The notes: a model not told the origin generated them from the letters alone. A stretch of DNA of 64,000 nucleotides from Candidatus Omnitrophota bacterium (GCA_043826355.1 JBDRQI010000001.1:1-64000), one strand, 5' to 3'; shown: positions 11,262 through 21,572, numbered from the stretch's first letter. Translations and numbers: made by a program.

Positions 11262-13733
11262 TTATATTGTAATTTTACCATAATCCTTCAATAAACAGTG
11301 GTTTTTTGCTGTATTTTCAAATTTACCCGGACCGTTCAAAAATAAGCATTTTATTTGATTTCCGGAACTTTCAAATACGTACCTGCCGGGTTTCTTGAGT
11401 ACAAAGGTGGATTTCGACAATATGAACTCGACTGATTTTATCCCTTCCGGGATTGAAACCGCGTATCGGTATTTTTTTGACGATACCTTGTCATATTTAA
11501 CCGTAATTAAACCGGCAGGAGTCGGGACTTTGCCTTCTGCCCAGGCTAAACCGGCAGTTTGCGGTTTGATGATTACCTCGCTAAATCCGGGTTTTTGAGG
11601 CCTAATCCCCAGGATATATGCCGGCAAAAGATACGCCGGACCGCTGGACCAGGCGTGTGCCGAAATGGGCCAGCGGGAATCAGCGTCGTTCCAAGCAAAT
11701 TCCCAGAAAGTTTCAGCTCCTTTCCGGAGCATTGTGCCCCAGCAGCGGCGGATCAATTCCAAGCCGTCTTCCGGCCTGCCTTTCTCGAAATGGCCGGCTG
11801 CTTCGTAGGCGCACATTAAAGGAGAAATAACTTTTTTCCCCGCCAAATTTCCATCCCAGTCCATCTCCGCGTCAAAAAGCGTCGAACCGTAAGGCGACCA
11901 GAATTTCAATTTTAAAAGACTTAGTATTTTTCCGGTTTTTTCCTCGTCAGCCACGCCGAAAATTACGGCGAGAACATTACCGTCCTGGGGCGTGTACTGA
12001 TAAAGGGAATCAACGTAAGCGCTTTTTTCTTCAGACCAAAGTTTCCGGTTAATTGACTGCTTGACTTTTTCAGCCAATTTCGCGAAACGGATGGCGTGTT
12101 CATTTTTTCCGACCACCCGCGAAAGGAAGCTAATCTCTAATAGAATTTTATACCAGAGGCAATTTAGTGAAGTTTTATAACCGAGTCTATTTTTGGAACA
12201 GGTCCATTCATTGATGCCGAATCCGGTTTTTATCGGACGCTGGCAGATTAAAAGTTCAGAATCTGTTTTTTCCAGGTACCAATCTATTATTTTCAGCGCC
12301 GGAGGGTATTGTTGTTTCACGAAATCAGCGTCCTTTTTGTATAAGTAGTGTTCGGATAGACAGATTATATGCCAGGCAGGGTAGTCCCATAATTCTTTTT
12401 CCTGGTGGACGTCTTCCACGTAGCCGCCTGCATCCGAAGGCTGTTTTTGGCTGAGTGAAGATTTCATCAGGGAACCGTCGCCGAACAAATAGTAATCAAC
12501 CAGACCATCTATTCTGCCGTCACCGGAGAAGAAAAGCATCTCGTGGCGCGGGCAACTTTCGTATTCCTGGTGCATATTAACCTGAAGAGTATACCGGCTG
12601 ACCTGCCAGATTTTGTTGAGGAGCGGATCGGAAGAGTTAAACCAGCCTGTTTGCAATGCCGGATACATGCTTGGTTTGAGGTCAACGTTGTCTATTACTA
12701 CCGGTCCGTAATTCCCCGAGACCGTTATTTTTACATAGCGAAAAGCTCTTCGTCGGACATTAAACCAATCTTTTTTTCCGGCCAGCTGCGTTTCTATGGC
12801 CAATTTTTCAATAAGTTTTCTTCCGCAGGGGGCGTAATCCGTAAAATCAGCGCAACTTTCCGAATAATCAAACTCACACCTGAGTTGTCCGGTAGTTCCG
12901 GCGGCAAATCCGATGGCCAGGTAACCGACAACCAGACGACCGAAATCAAAAATGGCTGAATTTTCCTTTCCGGCCAGGGTAATATTTCCTTTTTGGTAAG
13001 GTTGTTGTTTTAATTTGAGGTCCGAAGGTTTTATGTGCACGGGATTTATATAATCGGGAGCACCGGCCTCCTTTTCCGGTAGTTTTGCTTTAACAATTTT
13101 AACGATTGACTTCGGCGCAATCTTCGCCGGACTCGATAAATTTTTCCACAAAGCGGCCGAAGACCAGAAACACGCATATTCTTCTCCGGTAACCCGTCCT
13201 GTTTCCCGCGCAGTCGGCCAGTTTTGGTCATTAAACGCCGGTTTCTGCCAGCCTGCCTTTGGCAGGGGAGAAGATTTCCAGGACCGGTCGGTAATAAAAG
13301 TAGATTTTTTTCTGCCGGTGAATGTATTAACTTGAAGGGCAACCCGTGAAAATAACCGGCCCTTTTTTTGGTAATCAGCCTTTATTTTCTTCTGAAAATA
13401 GTAATCGGCCAATGCCTCTTTCTGATTCTGAAAATAGAACGAACCGAGATGAAGGCTGATTACATTCTCGCCCTTTTTTAAATATCCGGTTATTTCGTGG
13501 CGATTGGTCCGGTCCGGCCAGCGGCTGGCGGCGCTTTCAACGAACCGTCCGTTGACGTATAGGGCGCAGACGCCGGTTGAAGTGAACAGAACCTCTGCGA
13601 AATCCGGCTTACGCGAAACGGCGATGATTTTGCGAAGATATTCCCATTCGCCGCCCTGTTTTTTTTCTACGGTAATCCAAAAAGGCATTTCCATTTTTTT
13701 ATCTCCAAAATTGCACCGTTTTTTTAGTTGCAT
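11262..13733 (-). CDS. Alpha-L-rhamnosidase-like (GH78-type) glycoside hydrolase
   Basis: IFDFG, RAFRY, SSDPLLNKIW, GAETFWE, SAHAWS, GKVPTPAG; start uncertain (Met near 13695 is possible). Confidence 0.75.
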   Translation of the reverse strand: MQLKKRCNFGDKKMEMPFWITVEKKQGGEWEYLRKIIAVSRKPDFAEVLFTSTGVCALYVNGRFVESAASRWPDRTNRHEITGYLKKGENVISLHLGSFYFQNQKEALADYYFQKKIKADYQKKGRLFSRVALQVNTFTGRKKSTFITDRSWKSSPLPKAGWQKPAFNDQNWPTARETGRVTGEEYACFWSSAALWKNLSSPAKIAPKSIVKIVKAKLPEKEAGAPDYINPVHIKPSDLKLKQQPYQKGNITLAGKENSAIFDFGRLVVGYLAIGFAAGTTGQLRCEFDYSESCADFTDYAPCGRKLIEKLAIETQLAGKKDWFNVRRRAFRYVKITVSGNYGPVVIDNVDLKPSMYPALQTGWFNSSDPLLNKIWQVSRYTLQVNMHQEYESCPRHEMLFFSGDGRIDGLVDYYLFGDGSLMKSSLSQKQPSDAGGYVEDVHQEKELWDYPAWHIICLSEHYLYKKDADFVKQQYPPALKIIDWYLEKTDSELLICQRPIKTGFGINEWTCSKNRLGYKTSLNCLWYKILLEISFLSRVVGKNEHAIRFAKLAEKVKQSINRKLWSEEKSAYVDSLYQYTPQDGNVLAVIFGVADEEKTGKILSLLKLKFWSPYGSTLFDAEMDWDGNLAGKKVISPLMCAYEAAGHFEKGRPEDGLELIRRCWGTMLRKGAETFWEFAWNDADSRWPISAHAWSSGPAYLLPAYILGIRPQKPGFSEVIIKPQTAGLAWAEGKVPTPAGLITVKYDKVSSKKYRYAVSIPEGIKSVEFILSKSTFVLKKPGRYVFESSGNQIKCLFLNGPGKFENTAKNHCLLKDYGKITI

Positions 13734-13790
13734 TATTAATTGTTTACGATGTAATGTTTTAAAATTTTCCGGAGAAAAAGAGAAAGAAGG

Positions 13791-14021
13791 TTATGATTTT
13801 TTCCGGATAATCGTAAGGGCGGCGTCCGGGCAGATTAGGGCGCAACGCAGGCAGCCGGTGCATTCGTTGCCGGAGAATTCTACGCCGTAGTAGCCCTTTT
13901 TGTTCTTCTTCTCCGAAACCTTGAGCTGTTTCTTCGGGCAAAAGTAAACGCACAGGCCGCAGCCCTTGCAGTACTTGCTGTCTACAATTACCCGAAATTT
14001 AGGTTTAGTTATGGCTGGCAT
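13791..14021 (-). CDS. 2x[4Fe-4S] ferredoxin (KorD/delta-subunit-like)
   Basis: CKGCGLCVYFCP and CTGCLRCALICPD. Confidence 0.9.
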   Translation of the reverse strand: MPAITKPKFRVIVDSKYCKGCGLCVYFCPKKQLKVSEKKNKKGYYGVEFSGNECTGCLRCALICPDAALTIIRKKS

Positions 14022-14023
14022 AT

Positions 14024-16321
14024 TTATGCGGTTATCGTTAATTTATACCGTTTACCGGGTTCAGTTTGCCACGTTAATTTATCAACGGCATTCTTCGATT
14101 TCATTATCAGCCTGTTTTTACAGGTGACGGTTACTTGACCGGGAACCGGTAGTTTTAGACGGCACGGTCCTCCAAGATTTGAAAAAACGCTGACTGTTCC
14201 CGGCATTCTTTTTTCCCACTCAATACCCACCTCGAATCCGTTATGCGCACAGAGTCCGGTTATTTTTCCTTTAGGCCATGAATTTGGAAGCGCAGGGAGA
14301 ATACGGATAATTTCGTCACGGGACTGAAGAAGCATTTCCGCAATGGCCGCCGTTCCTCCGAGATTGCCGTCTATTTGGAATATACGCGGAGGATGTAAAT
14401 CAAGAAGCGAATTTGTGGCGGATTTTGTTAAAAGATTAAACAAACTCTGGAGCGCCCGCTCTCCCTCGTAAAGTCTCGCAAAACAGCAGGCAAACCATGC
14501 GCTGCTCCAACCGGTGTATCCGCTTCCGTGCGCCAGACGCCGTTCCAGGGATATTTTTGAAGCGGCAGCAAGCCGGGGAGTTTTTTCCGGGGTAATCTGT
14601 TCTCCCGGGAATAGCGCAAAAAGATGTGAAATATGCCTGTGCCCGGGTTCGGCCTCTTCATAATCAACCAGCCATTCCTGTAATTGTCCGTATTTCCCAA
14701 TTTTGAGCGGAGGGAGTTTTTTTAGGATATCTGTCCATTGTTTTCTTTTTTTGGTGTCCGTGTTGAGAATTTTACTTGTGGCAATGGCGTGGGTAAGAAG
14801 GTCGTGGATAAGTTCTATGTCCATCGAAGACCCGATGCAGAGAGAGACAGGGCACGTTCCACCGATAAAGGTGTTTTCCGGGGATTGTGAGGGGACAGGA
14901 ACAAGATATCCTTCGTGGTCCGGAATAAGATATGTTTCATAAAAAGCAGCGACTTCTTTCAGAAAAGGGTAGCATCTCTTTTTCAGAAATTCCTTATCCC
15001 GCGTGTATTCGTAGTGCCACCAGAAATGCTGGGCGAGCCATGCGGCTGCTCCAATCCATGTGTCCCATCCTTTAGATTCGGGAGTGGAGCGTCCCCAGGG
15101 GTCAGTCTGAATGGGCAGCCAGACACCTTCGCAACCATAGAGTTTTTTGGCCGCAATCTTTCCGTGGGGAATAAACCGTTCCACATGGGCGAATAAGGGC
15201 TCGGCGCATTCAGAGAGGTTGCAAATTTCGGCGGGCCAGTAATTCATTTGAAGGTTGACATCATGGTGAAGGTCACATTCCCACGGGGGGTTGAGTTCTT
15301 CGTTCCACTTACCCTGAAGATTTGCCGGAAGGTCGGCTCCCCAGGAACTCGATATCAAAAGATACCGGCCAAAGTTAAAATAGAGGGCGTACAGGGATTC
15401 GTCGGCTTTTTGAACTCTAATATTTGTAAGACGTTGAAAGGTGGATATATCATCCCGGGGACTTCCGATGCTTAAACTTACCCGGTTGTAGCGTTTTTGG
15501 TGTTCGGCGGCATGAGTTTTGAATAACACATCAAAAGAAGAAGGAACTGAATCAAGTTGTTTTCGGCAATTTAAAAGCGGATTTTCATGGTCAAAAGATA
15601 CGGCAGCGGAAAGGATTAAAAGAGCTTCGGAGGAATTTTCAATGTTCATGCTCGCTATGTCTTTTGAAGGTGTGGTAAACATTCCGCCGGTAATGAAAAC
15701 CCTTGCTTCAACGGCAAATCTCAGTTTGTCAATGAATGCGCCGGAGTAACCGAAAGAACTTTTTTCCGCCCATGGCCGGATAGTACATTCCGGGTCGTCA
15801 ATTCTGGAGAGAATAAGGCCGGTATTTAATTTACCTTTGGTTGCAGTCATGCGGATAACGATTACCGGATAAGATGAATGGGCAAAAATTTCCCTGACGT
15901 GGCATGTTTCACCGTCGTTATACGACACCGAAACAAGCGCCTTTTCCATATCAAGCTGATATTTATAATGAGAAACGTTGTTGTGGGGAAAATTCAGAAA
16001 AAGGTCTCCGAGCGGCTGATAGGGGTCCACCCTGTTTTTTTGGTCGCTCATGCCGCCTCCGCCGCCAAGTAATTCGTTTGCGAGTGTGCCGGCTTCATAT
16101 ATTTTTCCCTTTAAAAAGAGGCGTCTGATTTTTTCGAGGTTCTGATATTTTGTTTCAATATCTCTCTTGCAATTTTTCCTTCGCCACAGCCATTCATGAT
16201 TCAACGCCACTCGTTCTTTCTGTATTCCACCCATAACCATCCCGGCTAAAACGCCGTTTCCGATGGGAAGGCCCTCTTTCCATTCCGGGGCGGGTTTTTC
16301 ATACCAGAGTATTGAATTCAT
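14024..16321 (-). CDS. GH95 alpha-L-fucosidase-like glycoside hydrolase
   Basis: LPIGNG, FGRYLLISSS, NLQGKW, NLQMNYW, SPEN, GQLQEW, HRHISHL, FQIDGN. Confidence 0.92.
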   Translation of the reverse strand: MNSILWYEKPAPEWKEGLPIGNGVLAGMVMGGIQKERVALNHEWLWRRKNCKRDIETKYQNLEKIRRLFLKGKIYEAGTLANELLGGGGGMSDQKNRVDPYQPLGDLFLNFPHNNVSHYKYQLDMEKALVSVSYNDGETCHVREIFAHSSYPVIVIRMTATKGKLNTGLILSRIDDPECTIRPWAEKSSFGYSGAFIDKLRFAVEARVFITGGMFTTPSKDIASMNIENSSEALLILSAAVSFDHENPLLNCRKQLDSVPSSFDVLFKTHAAEHQKRYNRVSLSIGSPRDDISTFQRLTNIRVQKADESLYALYFNFGRYLLISSSWGADLPANLQGKWNEELNPPWECDLHHDVNLQMNYWPAEICNLSECAEPLFAHVERFIPHGKIAAKKLYGCEGVWLPIQTDPWGRSTPESKGWDTWIGAAAWLAQHFWWHYEYTRDKEFLKKRCYPFLKEVAAFYETYLIPDHEGYLVPVPSQSPENTFIGGTCPVSLCIGSSMDIELIHDLLTHAIATSKILNTDTKKRKQWTDILKKLPPLKIGKYGQLQEWLVDYEEAEPGHRHISHLFALFPGEQITPEKTPRLAAASKISLERRLAHGSGYTGWSSAWFACCFARLYEGERALQSLFNLLTKSATNSLLDLHPPRIFQIDGNLGGTAAIAEMLLQSRDEIIRILPALPNSWPKGKITGLCAHNGFEVGIEWEKRMPGTVSVFSNLGGPCRLKLPVPGQVTVTCKNRLIMKSKNAVDKLTWQTEPGKRYKLTITA

Positions 16322-16390
16322 ATCATCTTTAAGGGAGAAAATATAAACTTACGTAAATTTGTCGTCAAAAACCGCGTAAAAGAGTAAACG

Positions 16391-18199
16391 TCAGGTAATT
16401 GCATTCTTAATCTGTCTGTAAATCCCATTCTCGTCCAGGCCAATTTCTGCCAATAGTTCCGGCCGGCTTCCGAAGGTGATGAACCGGTCCGGCACTCCGA
16501 TCATTTTTACGTTTTTTTGCCGGGTTTTTTCCGCGAGGTATTCCAGAACCGCACTGCCGAATCCACCCAAAAGACTGTTCTCTTCTATGGTCACCACCGT
16601 ATTTGCCGCTGCGGCTTTTTCGATAATTTTTTCGTCAAGGGGTTTGATGGATGAGGTCGGCCAAAAAGAGATAGAGACGTTGTCATTTTTCAGCCGGGAA
16701 ACGGCGCGGCGAGCGGTTTCGGCGATATTTCCCGAGGCCAAAACTGAAATTACGGCCTTTGGTTCCTCAATCGGCTCCAGATTTTCCGGTCCGGCGTCTT
16801 TCGGGAAAAGGATTACGGTTGGGGAAGATGCGTCCAGGGATTGAACCAATAAGCGCCGCAGTTCCTGATACGAAAAAGGCGCCAGAATGGAGAGGCCGGG
16901 TAAAGAACGCAGGTAAGAAAAAGAGTAGGGACTGTGGTGGGTGGAACCGTCAGAGCCAACCAAGCCGTTGTTGCACAATACAAAGGTAACGGGCAGCCCC
17001 TGCAGGCAGATTTCCTGAAAGACCTGGTCGAATGCCCTCTGGAAGAAGGTGGCGTAGATGGAGACCACCGGATGTTTACCGGATTTGGCGAGCCCGGCGG
17101 CAAAAGCGACCGCAGCCTGTTCCGCAATTCCAACGTCAAAAAAACGTTCCGGGTATAACTTTTGAAAATTTTGCAATCCAATGCCTTTGGTCATTGCCGC
17201 AGTGATGGCCACAACCTCCGGTCTTTTTTCCGTCTGTCGGACCAGTTCCTCCGCGAATGCTTCACGGTATTCCATTTCCGGCGCCGCAATTGGTTTACCG
17301 GTTGTTACCGAGAACCGGCTTACGGAGTGAAAATGTTCCGGGTCTGCCTCGGCCGGCGGGTAACCTTTTCCTTTTTTGGTGACTACGTGGATTAACCGCG
17401 GGGTTGAAAGTTTCAAAACTTTTTCCAGCGCTTCCGTAAGTTGGGAAAAGTTATGGCCGTTGAATGGTCCGAAATAACTAAAACCGATTCCCTCGAAGAG
17501 TTCCGCGGGGCCCAGGAGATTCTTGATGCCTTCCTCCATTGTTTTAAAGAAGTTAATCGTTTCCGGGCCCAGGAAAGGCATCTTCTGGATGAGCGCTCGG
17601 GTGTGCTGTCGAAAGTTTTCCAGACGCGGGTTGGTGATGACCCTGGTCAGGGAAAGGGCGAGTCCGCCGGTGGTTGGTGAAATAGCCATTTCGTTAGCGT
17701 TAAGGATAACGCACAGGTTTGCTTTGGCCGCCGCCGCCTGGTTCAATCCCTCAAAAGCCACCCCGCCGCCCAACGAAGCGTCTCCGATTACTACGACTGT
17801 TTTTCCTTCTTTTTTAGCGCAGGCGATGCCCGATCCGGTGGCGATGGAAGTGCTGGAATGCCCGGTCCGCAAAGGGTCGGTGGCGCTCTCGTTGGGTTCC
17901 GGAAAACCGGAAAGGCCGTGGTAGGTCCTGAGTTTTTCAAACCCGGTCTTCCGGCCGGTCAGAATTTTGTGGGTATAAGTTTGGTGGCCCACATCCCAGA
18001 TGAGAGTGTCTTTTTTCAAGTCCAGAAGGCGGTGGAGGGTGATGGTCATTTCTACCACGCCCAGGTTTGAGGAGAGATGGCCGCCGTTTTTGGCCACCAC
18101 CTCAATTATGAGCCGCCGGATTTCTTCTGCCAGGAGCGGAAGTTCCTCCGGCCCCAGTTTTTTGACATCTCCGGTTTGATTAACCTTATCCAGTATCAT
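16391..18199 (-). CDS. dxs: 1-deoxy-D-xylulose-5-phosphate synthase
   Basis: GGHLSSNLG, WDVGHQ, GHSSTS, DVGIAEQ, DGSTH. Confidence 0.97.
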   Translation of the reverse strand: MILDKVNQTGDVKKLGPEELPLLAEEIRRLIIEVVAKNGGHLSSNLGVVEMTITLHRLLDLKKDTLIWDVGHQTYTHKILTGRKTGFEKLRTYHGLSGFPEPNESATDPLRTGHSSTSIATGSGIACAKKEGKTVVVIGDASLGGGVAFEGLNQAAAAKANLCVILNANEMAISPTTGGLALSLTRVITNPRLENFRQHTRALIQKMPFLGPETINFFKTMEEGIKNLLGPAELFEGIGFSYFGPFNGHNFSQLTEALEKVLKLSTPRLIHVVTKKGKGYPPAEADPEHFHSVSRFSVTTGKPIAAPEMEYREAFAEELVRQTEKRPEVVAITAAMTKGIGLQNFQKLYPERFFDVGIAEQAAVAFAAGLAKSGKHPVVSIYATFFQRAFDQVFQEICLQGLPVTFVLCNNGLVGSDGSTHHSPYSFSYLRSLPGLSILAPFSYQELRRLLVQSLDASSPTVILFPKDAGPENLEPIEEPKAVISVLASGNIAETARRAVSRLKNDNVSISFWPTSSIKPLDEKIIEKAAAANTVVTIEENSLLGGFGSAVLEYLAEKTRQKNVKMIGVPDRFITFGSRPELLAEIGLDENGIYRQIKNAIT

Positions 18200-18290
18200 T
18201 TTTTTGGGTATGAAAATTAATTATATTTTACCTTTTTTTAGTTTTTTATGTCTAATGATAAATTCTGGTTTGGTTTTTTTATGTTAAAAT

Positions 18291-20180
18291 ATGAAAATAG
18301 TGGAAAAACATTTTGACGTTATCGTAGTTGGCGCCGGTCACTCCGGCATCGAAGCCGCCCTGGCCGCATCCAGGATGGGTTTTTCCGTTCTGCTTATGAC
18401 GATGAACCTGGATACGGTGGGCCAGATGTCCTGCAATCCGGCAATTGGCGGGGTGGCTAAAGGCCAGCTGGTTCGGGAGATAGACGCCCTGGGTGGTGAA
18501 ATGGGTCTGTGGGCTGATGCCACCGGTATTCAATTTCGGGTCCTTAACGCCGGCAAAGGTCCGGCTGCTTTCAGTCCCCGGGTCCAGAGCGACAAGAAGG
18601 CATATCAGAAATTGGTGAGAGAAACGCTGGAGAGAGTTCCGAATTTAATTATCCGCCAGGGTATGGTAGAAGAAGTTCTGATTAAGGGCGGTAAAGTATT
18701 TGGCATATACACCCGGGAAGGGCTTAAATATAAGGCCTGGGCTGTAATTATTACGACCGGAACTTTCCTTTCCGGGGTTTTACATCTCGGCCAGACCATT
18801 ATTTCCGGCGGCCGGATGGGTGAGGAATCTGCGGATAGGTTAAGCGGTTCGCTTAAAAAAAACGGTTTTGAAGTTAGCCGCTTTAAGACCGGAACACCAC
18901 CCAGGGTATCATTCCGTTCCCTGAATTTTGATAAGTTGAAGACTCAATCCGGGGATGAAACCCCCCGGCCGTTTTCTTTCAGAACGGAAAATTTTGCGCC
19001 GCAGCAAGTACCGTGTTATCTTACCCGTACAACCCCGGAAACGATTCGCATCGTGACCGGTAATCTACGTCGGGCGCCGCTCTATACCGGCCAGATTAAA
19101 GGGGTTGGACCGCGCTACTGTCCTTCCCTGGAAGTGAAGGTAAAAATCTTTCCGGATAAGACCGACCACCAGTTATTTTTGGAACCGGAAGGCCGGAATA
19201 CCGATGAGGCCTATGTCAGCGGTTTTGCAACCAGTTTACCGGCTGAAGTTCAGCGGGACGCCTTGAAAACGGTTATCGGTTTGGAGGACGTCGAAATCCT
19301 CCGGTTCGGCTATGCGGTAGAGTATGATTTTTTCCCGCCGCACCAGTTAAAACCTACTATGGAGACTAAACGGGTCGAAAACCTCTATTTCGCCGGACAG
19401 ATAAATGGAACCAGCGGATATGAAGAAGCAGCCGGCCAGGGTCTTCTGGCCGGAATCAACGCGGGGCTTAGGCTTAAGGACAGGGAACCGTTTATACCCC
19501 GGCGCGATGAGGCCTATCTGGGAGTAATGGCGAATGACTTAACCACGACGGAACTTTTTGAACCGTACCGGCTTTTTACTTCCCGGGCCGAGTACCGGCT
19601 TTTGCTGCGTAGTGACAACGCTGATTTTCGTTTGACGGATTACGGTTACCGGTTCGGCCTGATTCCGAAAAATATTTACGAGAAGATGCGTTTTCAGCGA
19701 GACGCGATTGCGGCGGAGATTAAGCGGCTTAAGACCACTTTTGTTTCCTTGCCGGAAGGTTCGCTGAACCTGGCCCGGTACCTCCGCCGCCCGGAAATCA
19801 GTTACCGCGATATAGAAAAAATAGAACGTATGGGTCGGATTCATCCGACCCGCGCAGGGGCGGGGTTGCGCCGTGTCCGACATAGCCTTTTGGCGAAGGC
19901 GGATCCCCGCCCGGCAGATACCCGGGTCAGAGATGCGGTTGAGGTTGAACTTAAGTACGAAGGATACCTGGAACAGGACAGGGTTCTGGCCGAAAGGTTG
20001 GCAAAGAACGCCGGAGCTTTAATTCCGAAAGGCTTTAACTATGACAAGGTTGTCGGCCTTTCCACGGAAGGAAGGGAGAAACTCAAGAAATTTCGGCCCG
20101 GTTCGCTGGACGAGGCGCGGCAGATAAGTGGGATTCGGGCCAGCGACCTCACCCTTTTGTTTTTACGGTTACATGGATAA
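18291..20180 (+). CDS. mnmG: tRNA uridine 5-carboxymethylaminomethyl modification enzyme MnmG, with an in-frame repeat insertion
   Basis: VVGAGHSG, MSCNPAIGG, RFKTGTPPR, GPRYCPS, GQINGTSGYEEAA, TSRAEYRL. Confidence 0.97.
   Translation: MKIVEKHFDVIVVGAGHSGIEAALAASRMGFSVLLMTMNLDTVGQMSCNPAIGGVAKGQLVREIDALGGEMGLWADATGIQFRVLNAGKGPAAFSPRVQSDKKAYQKLVRETLERVPNLIIRQGMVEEVLIKGGKVFGIYTREGLKYKAWAVIITTGTFLSGVLHLGQTIISGGRMGEESADRLSGSLKKNGFEVSRFKTGTPPRVSFRSLNFDKLKTQSGDETPRPFSFRTENFAPQQVPCYLTRTTPETIRIVTGNLRRAPLYTGQIKGVGPRYCPSLEVKVKIFPDKTDHQLFLEPEGRNTDEAYVSGFATSLPAEVQRDALKTVIGLEDVEILRFGYAVEYDFFPPHQLKPTMETKRVENLYFAGQINGTSGYEEAAGQGLLAGINAGLRLKDREPFIPRRDEAYLGVMANDLTTTELFEPYRLFTSRAEYRLLLRSDNADFRLTDYGYRFGLIPKNIYEKMRFQRDAIAAEIKRLKTTFVSLPEGSLNLARYLRRPEISYRDIEKIERMGRIHPTRAGAGLRRVRHSLLAKADPRPADTRVRDAVEVELKYEGYLEQDRVLAERLAKNAGALIPKGFNYDKVVGLSTEGREKLKKFRPGSLDEARQISGIRASDLTLLFLRLHG
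19828..19913 (+). repeat. Composite REP element inside mnmG
   Basis: gggtcggattcatccgaccc hairpin followed by gcaggggcggggttgcgccgtgtccgacatagccttttggcgaaggcggatccccgcccg; the latter matches 47628-47687 and the reverse complement of 54391-54441. Confidence 0.9.
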
Positions 20181-20694
20181 AAAGAAAAATGTGGGGGCGC
20201 CATTCCCGCCAAGGCGGGTCTGTCTCGGGCACGACATGGCGCCCGCGGGCTTGATGAATCAAACCCCTGCAAAAAGCAGGACAACAACTATTACGAATAG
20301 TTCTAAGGAGACCATGGTGGTTGCCGCCCTCTTTGCTAAAAAACTGAAGGGTGGGGAGATAATTGCGCTTACCGGTCCGCTGGGCGCCGGCAAAACGGTC
20401 TTCGTAAAAGGTCTGGCTCAGGGTTTGGGGATACCGGAAAGAGAGGTGCGAAGCCCTTCATTTGTTGTCTTGATTGAACATCGCCGGGGCCGGCTGCCTC
20501 TTTTTCATTTTGATTTCTACCGGTTTAAAAGGGGGGCTGAAATAGACACCACCCCTTTTGAGGATTGCTTGAAAGCTAAAGGTGTAATCGTGGTTGAATG
20601 GCCGGAGCGGATAGCAGACTACCTGCCGCCTGAAGCCAGAAAGGTGTCAATAGAGGTGTTGGAGAAGAAACAGAGAAGAATTAGAATTACGTAG
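20173..20694 (+). CDS. tsaE: tRNA threonylcarbamoyladenosine biosynthesis ATPase TsaE
   Basis: GPLGAGKT, SPSF, HFDFYR, VVEWPE; start uncertain because the N-terminus runs through a REP element (20190-20270). Confidence 0.92.
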   Translation: MDKKKNVGAPFPPRRVCLGHDMAPAGLMNQTPAKSRTTTITNSSKETMVVAALFAKKLKGGEIIALTGPLGAGKTVFVKGLAQGLGIPEREVRSPSFVVLIEHRRGRLPLFHFDFYRFKRGAEIDTTPFEDCLKAKGVIVVEWPERIADYLPPEARKVSIEVLEKKQRRIRIT

Positions 20695-20754
20695 GCCGCC
20701 TATCCGTGAGGTTGAAAGCCCCCTTGCCAATCCTATGGCAAGGGTACCCGTGCA

Positions 20755-21408
20755 CTACGATAGCAGGGACTGTACCGCTTCCCTAATGTTTTTTGCCCGA
20801 AACAAATAGGTTCCGGCCACCAGGATATCAACCCCGGCTTTCCGGCAGAGAGCGCCGGTTTTTGGATTGACTCCGCCGTCAACCTCAATCTCAAAACTCA
20901 GCCCTCTTTTCCGCCGTTCCGCATCAAGCGCCGCAATCTTATTCAGGGCGCCGGGAATAAATTCTTGCCCGCCGAACCCCGGATTTACCGACATAACCAA
21001 AACCTGGTCAATTGAATCTAAATAAGGTAGAAGGGTATTAACCGCGGTGGCCGGGTTAAGGACCAGGCCGGTCTTGACTCCTCCGGCTTTAATCTCTTTC
21101 AGCAATTTTTTCGGTTGGGGAACCGTTTCAATGTGAAAAAGAATAAGATTGCTGCCCGCTTTGATAAAAGGAGTGGAGAACTTTTCCGGGTTGGTAACCA
21201 TCAGGTGTGTTTCAAAAGGGAGCCGGGTATGGGACCGCAGACTTTTGACCACCTGGGGTCCGAGCGTCAGGTTGGGTACAAAATGACCGTCCATAATATC
21301 CAGGTGGAAGAGCTGGACGCCGGCTTCTTCCGCCCGCTTAATCTCCTGGCTGAGGTTTCCAAAATCCGCGTTCAGGATTGATGCGGCAATTTTAACCATA
21401 TCGCTCAT
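20755..21408 (-). CDS. rpe: Ribulose-phosphate 3-epimerase
   Basis: HLDIMDGHFVPN, MSVNPGFGGQ, EVDGG. Confidence 0.97.
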   Translation of the reverse strand: MSDMVKIAASILNADFGNLSQEIKRAEEAGVQLFHLDIMDGHFVPNLTLGPQVVKSLRSHTRLPFETHLMVTNPEKFSTPFIKAGSNLILFHIETVPQPKKLLKEIKAGGVKTGLVLNPATAVNTLLPYLDSIDQVLVMSVNPGFGGQEFIPGALNKIAALDAERRKRGLSFEIEVDGGVNPKTGALCRKAGVDILVAGTYLFRAKNIREAVQSLLS

Positions 21409-21453
21409 AGTGTGTCAGCTATGAAAGGACTACGTCAAACTGAGTAAATCCGA

Positions 21454-21572
21454 TGTCATTCTGAGCCGACCTTGCGAAGAATCCCGCAGTTAGCGGTTGA
21501 GATCCTTCGCTGCGCTCAGGATGACAGCGTATTAATGGCTCAGGATGACACCGTTGACGGTTCAGGATAACC
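21454..21572. repeat. tgtcattctgagc..gctcaggatgaca palindrome plus two extra tandem end copies
   Basis: Homologous to 4284-4355; gctcaggatgaca at 21514 and 21538, degenerate copy at 21560. Confidence 0.75.

Noticed and set aside
21514..21572. Three short repeats at ~24-nt spacing, CRISPR-like at first sight
   Set aside because: The repeats are 13 bp with ~10-bp spacers, no cas genes are present, and they are duplicated ends of the tgtca..tgaca palindrome
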